Assembly: GCF_964213995.1 (NCBI RefSeq)
Contig: NC_135830.1
Location: 12,276,001-12,340,000, forward strand
Direction: 5' to 3'
DNA: 64,000 nucleotides
Source of the DNA: Mustelus asterias
Lineage: Eukaryota
This document shows, piece after piece, positions 60,375 through 64,000 of this stretch (positions are counted from its first letter, which is position 1; each line of letters begins with the position of its first letter). Position numbers and translations under genes: made by a program. Under the pieces are notes generated by a model. It was not told the DNA's origin and ran no database searches. It was given only the letters and a program-made list of their open reading frames with translations.

Positions 60375-63165
60375 AGTCATAGAGTTATAGAGGTTGACAG
60401 CATGGAAACAGGCCCTTCGGCCCAACTTGTCCACGGGGCCCTTTTTTTTTAAAACCCCTAACCTAATTCCAATTAAGAACATAAGAACATAAGAAATAGG
60501 AGCAGGAGTAGGCCATCTAGCCCCTCGAGCCTGCCCCGCCATTCAATAAGATCATGGCTGATCTGACGTGGATCAGTACCACTTACCCGCCTGATCCCCA
60601 TAACCCTTAATTCCCTTACCGATCAGGAATCCATCCATCCGCGCTTTAAACATATTCAGCGAGGTAGCCTCCACCACCTCAGTGGGCAGAGAATTCCAGC
60701 GATTCACCACCCTCTGGGAGAAGAAGTTCCTCCTCAACTCTGTCTTAAACCGACCCCCCTTTATTTTGAGGCTGTGTCCTCTAGTTTTAACTTCCTTACT
60801 AAGTGGAAAGAATCTCTCCGCCTCCACCCTATCCAGCCCCCGCATTATCTTAGAAGTCTCCATAAGATCCCCCCTCATCCTTCTAAACTCCAACGAGTAC
60901 AAACCCAATCTCCTCAGCCTCTCCTCATAATCCAAACCCCTCATCTCCGGTATCAACCTGGTGAACCTTCTCTGCACTCCCTCCAATGCCAATATATCCT
61001 TCCTCATATAAGGGGACCAATACTGCACACAGTATTCCAGCTGCGGCCTCACCAATGCCCTGTACAGGTGCATCAAGACATCCCTGCTTTTATATTCTAT
61101 CCCCTTCGCAATATAGGCCAACATCCCATTTGCCTTCTTGATCACCTGTTGTACCTGCAGACTGGGCTTTTGCGTCTCATGCACAAGGACCCCCAGGTCC
61201 CTTTGCACGGTAGCATGTTTTAATTTGTTTCCATTGAGATAGTAATCCCATTTGTTATTATTTCCTCCAAAGTGTATAACCTCGCATTTATCAACGTTAT
61301 ACTCCATTTGCCATATCCTCGCCCACTCACTCAGCCTGTCCAAATCTCTCTGCAGATCTTCTCCGTCCTCCACACGATTCACTTTTCCACTTATCTTTGT
61401 GTCGTCTGCAAACTTCGTTACCCTACACTCCGTCCCCTCCTCCAGATCATCTATATAAATGGTAAATAGTTGCGGCCCGAGTACCGATCCCTGCGGCACG
61501 CCACTAGTTACCTTCCTCCAACCGGAAAAACACCCATTTATTCCGACTCTTTGCTTCCTGTCGGATAGCCAGTCCCCAATCCACTTTAACACACTACCCC
61601 CAACTCCGTGTGCCCTAATCTTCTTCAGTAGCCTTTTATGGGGCACCTTATCAAACGCCTTTTGGAAATCCAAAAACACCGCATCCACCGGTTCTCCTCC
61701 ATCAACCGCCCTAGTCACATCTTCATAAAAATCCAACATGTTCGTCAAGCACGACTTTCCCCTCATGAATCCATGCTGCGTCTGATTGATCGAACCATTT
61801 CTATCCAGATGCCCTGCTATCTCCTCTTTAATAATGGATTCCAGCATTTTCCCTACTACAGACGTTAAGCTGACCGGCCTATAGTTACCCGCCTTTTGTC
61901 TCCTTCCTTTTTTAAACAGCGGCGTAACATTAGCCGTTTTCCAATCAACCGGCACTACCCCAGAATGCAACGAGTTTTGATAAATAATCACTAACGCATC
62001 CACTATTACCTCTGACATTTCTTTCAATACCCTGGGATGCATTCCATCCGGACCCGGGGACTTATCCACCTTCAGTCCCATTAGTCTACCCAGCACTGCC
62101 TCTCTGGTAACATTAATGGTATTAAGTATTTCTCCTGCTGCCAACCCTCTATCGTTAATATTTGGCAAACTATTTGTGTCCTCCACCGTGAAGACCGACA
62201 CAAAAAACTTATTTAAAGACTCAGCCATATCCTCATTTCCCACTATTAACTCCCCCCTCTCGTCCTCCAAGGGTCCAACATTCACTCTAGCCACTCTATT
62301 CCTTTTTATATATTTATAAAAACTTTTACTATCATTTTTTATATTAATTGCTAGCCTAGCTTCATAGTCTATCCTTCCTTTCTTGATCGCTTTCTTATTT
62401 GGCTCATGTACCTCTATACCCATCGAACCCGTGTAACTATCTAAATGCTTTTTAAAAGACAAAATTGTACCCGCCTCTACGACTGCCTCTGGCAGCTTGC
62501 TCCAGACACTCACCACCCTCTGTGTGCAAAATTGTCCCTCTGGACACTTTTGTATCTCTCCCCTCTCATCTTAAACCTATGCCCTCTAGTTTAAGAATCC
62601 CCTACCTTTGGGAAAAGATACTGACTATCTAGCTGATCTATGGCGCTCATTATTTTATAGACCTGCATAAGATCTCCCCTCAGCCTCCTACGCTCCAGAG
62701 AAAAAAGACCCAGTCTATCCAGCCTCTCCTTATAACTCAGTCCATCACGTCCCGGTAGCATCCTAGTCAATCTTTTCTGCACTCTTTCTAATTTAATAAT
62801 GTCCTTTCTATAATAGGGTGACCAGAATTGCAGACAGTATTCCAAGTGTGGCCTTACCAATGTCTTGTACAACTTCAACAAGACATTCCAACTCCTGTAT
62901 TCAATGTTCTGACCGATGAAACCAAGCATGCCGAATGCCTTCTTCACCACTCTGCCCACCTGTGACTCCACCTTCAAGGAGCTATGAACATGTACCCCTC
63001 GATCTCTTTGTTCTGTAACTCTCCCAACGCCCTACCATTAACTGAGAAAGTCCTGCCCTGGTTCAATCTACCAAAATGCATCACTTCGCATTTGTCTAAA
63101 TTAAACTCCATCTGCCATTCGTCAGCCCACTGGCCCAATTGATCAAGGTCCCGTTGCAATTGATC
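60375..63165 (-). mobile_element. Older CR1 3' fragment (60375-60473 and 62397-63165) interrupted by a young CR1
   Basis: ORF 62591-62977 is an RT C-terminus; the 3' tail lies at 60375-60473. Confidence 0.85.
60474..62396 (-). mobile_element. Young 5'-truncated CR1 LINE, near-identical to 11154-13075
   Basis: Line-by-line near identity at offset 49320; the RT frame is open to 60573. Confidence 0.95.
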
Positions 63166-64000
63166 AAGATCCCGTTGCGCCACTGGCCCACATAGATCGC
63201 AATTGCGACAGTGTTTACCTACTGGTTTGACGCTCTGACATCTGGCAAAAGTTTTGTCAAAACGTATTCGTTTACCCATGCAAAAAGTTGCATCATTGTG
63301 ATTTTTAAAATTAATTTAAAGTCGTCACTCATGGCCCTTGAATTGAGTTGCTGTTGGAATTCAAACTCTAGTCTCTGTACCTGCATCCTTTTTCTCGGCA
63401 TTATAAGTCTGTGACAGTAACACTATGCGGCCAGAAAACACTCCCCCCAGTTAATCAACGAACGAATATTAGCTAAATAGAGTATCTTACAAGCATATGA
63501 CATTGGCTCTTACAGATTCCTCAGAATAAATTCAGGAAAAAATAGAAGAGCTGAAAATTCTCTACACGCTGAGCAGGAACATACATACACCTATTTGGAC
63601 TCAGCGCACATTTTATCAATTCATTCAGTGGCTACAAGAACAAGTCAGAGCCTTTGAATTCTCGCGTTGCAGATTCGTCGAGTTGAGTTGGAACCCAATG
63701 TGAGGAGTGAGAACAAACGTCTGTTGTTTCCGATGGTTCTTTGCACATCAGCAAGCTTCGTGTTTCTATTTCCACTGAGTTAATTGGAACCGAGAAATTA
63801 CGAAACACCGCATTTGGTTCTGAAAACGGATGCCTTGCTATTACTGGGGATGTGCTTGAAGCTGATGTTGCGTGTGGGCCCGGGTCCACATGATTTGTGT
63901 TGTTTTGCTGGCTGCAAATTATTAAATTTCCTTGATAATGAGAGTAACAGTGGGGTACAGAGAGTAAAATACCTACTCAAATAGAAGCGGGAATTCCAGG

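Noticed and set aside
60573-62516. 647-aa ORF as a single gene
   Set aside because: Chimeric: its N-terminal ~40 aa come from the older host CR1, fused in frame by chance to the nested young CR1.

Overview
Eukaryotic, non-bacterial DNA: a 64-kb stretch of the variable region of a shark (elasmobranch) T-cell receptor alpha/delta locus. The taxon is inferred from HE1/V-SINEs, shark-type CR1 LINEs and a NAR-TCR cassette. I find 11 V-like segments in both orientations plus one J. Two conventional TCR V genes are intact with leader, intron, V exon and 23-RSS (34662-36264 minus; 50496-50944 plus). One V is open but has lost both canonical cysteines. Five conventional V segments are pseudogenes, one of them split by a LINE. 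On the minus strand lies a NAR-TCR cassette: an IgNAR-like V at 49396-49860, a J at 46147-46199, and a leaderless CDR1-Cys 'supporting' V-delta at 39001-39306; an inverted pseudogene copy of the supporting V-delta sits tail-to-tail with it. Roughly half the window is retroelement: nested CR1 LINEs (one with both ORFs open), SINEs, Tx1-, Rex1- and Penelope-like fragments, and CA-rich tracts. The main leads are: (1) the NAR-TCR V looks germline-joined to D segment(s), with a 28-nt CDR3-like tail, a 12-RSS facing the J 23-RSS, and no free D; (2) three complete 23-RSSs in a 61-bp tandem array behind the supporting V-delta; (3) a conserved U_UUA_AAC slippery heptamer at the CR1 ORF1/ORF2 junction; (4) a 445-bp near-perfect inverted repeat nested in an older inverted duplication. 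All calls are by eye; no database searches were run.
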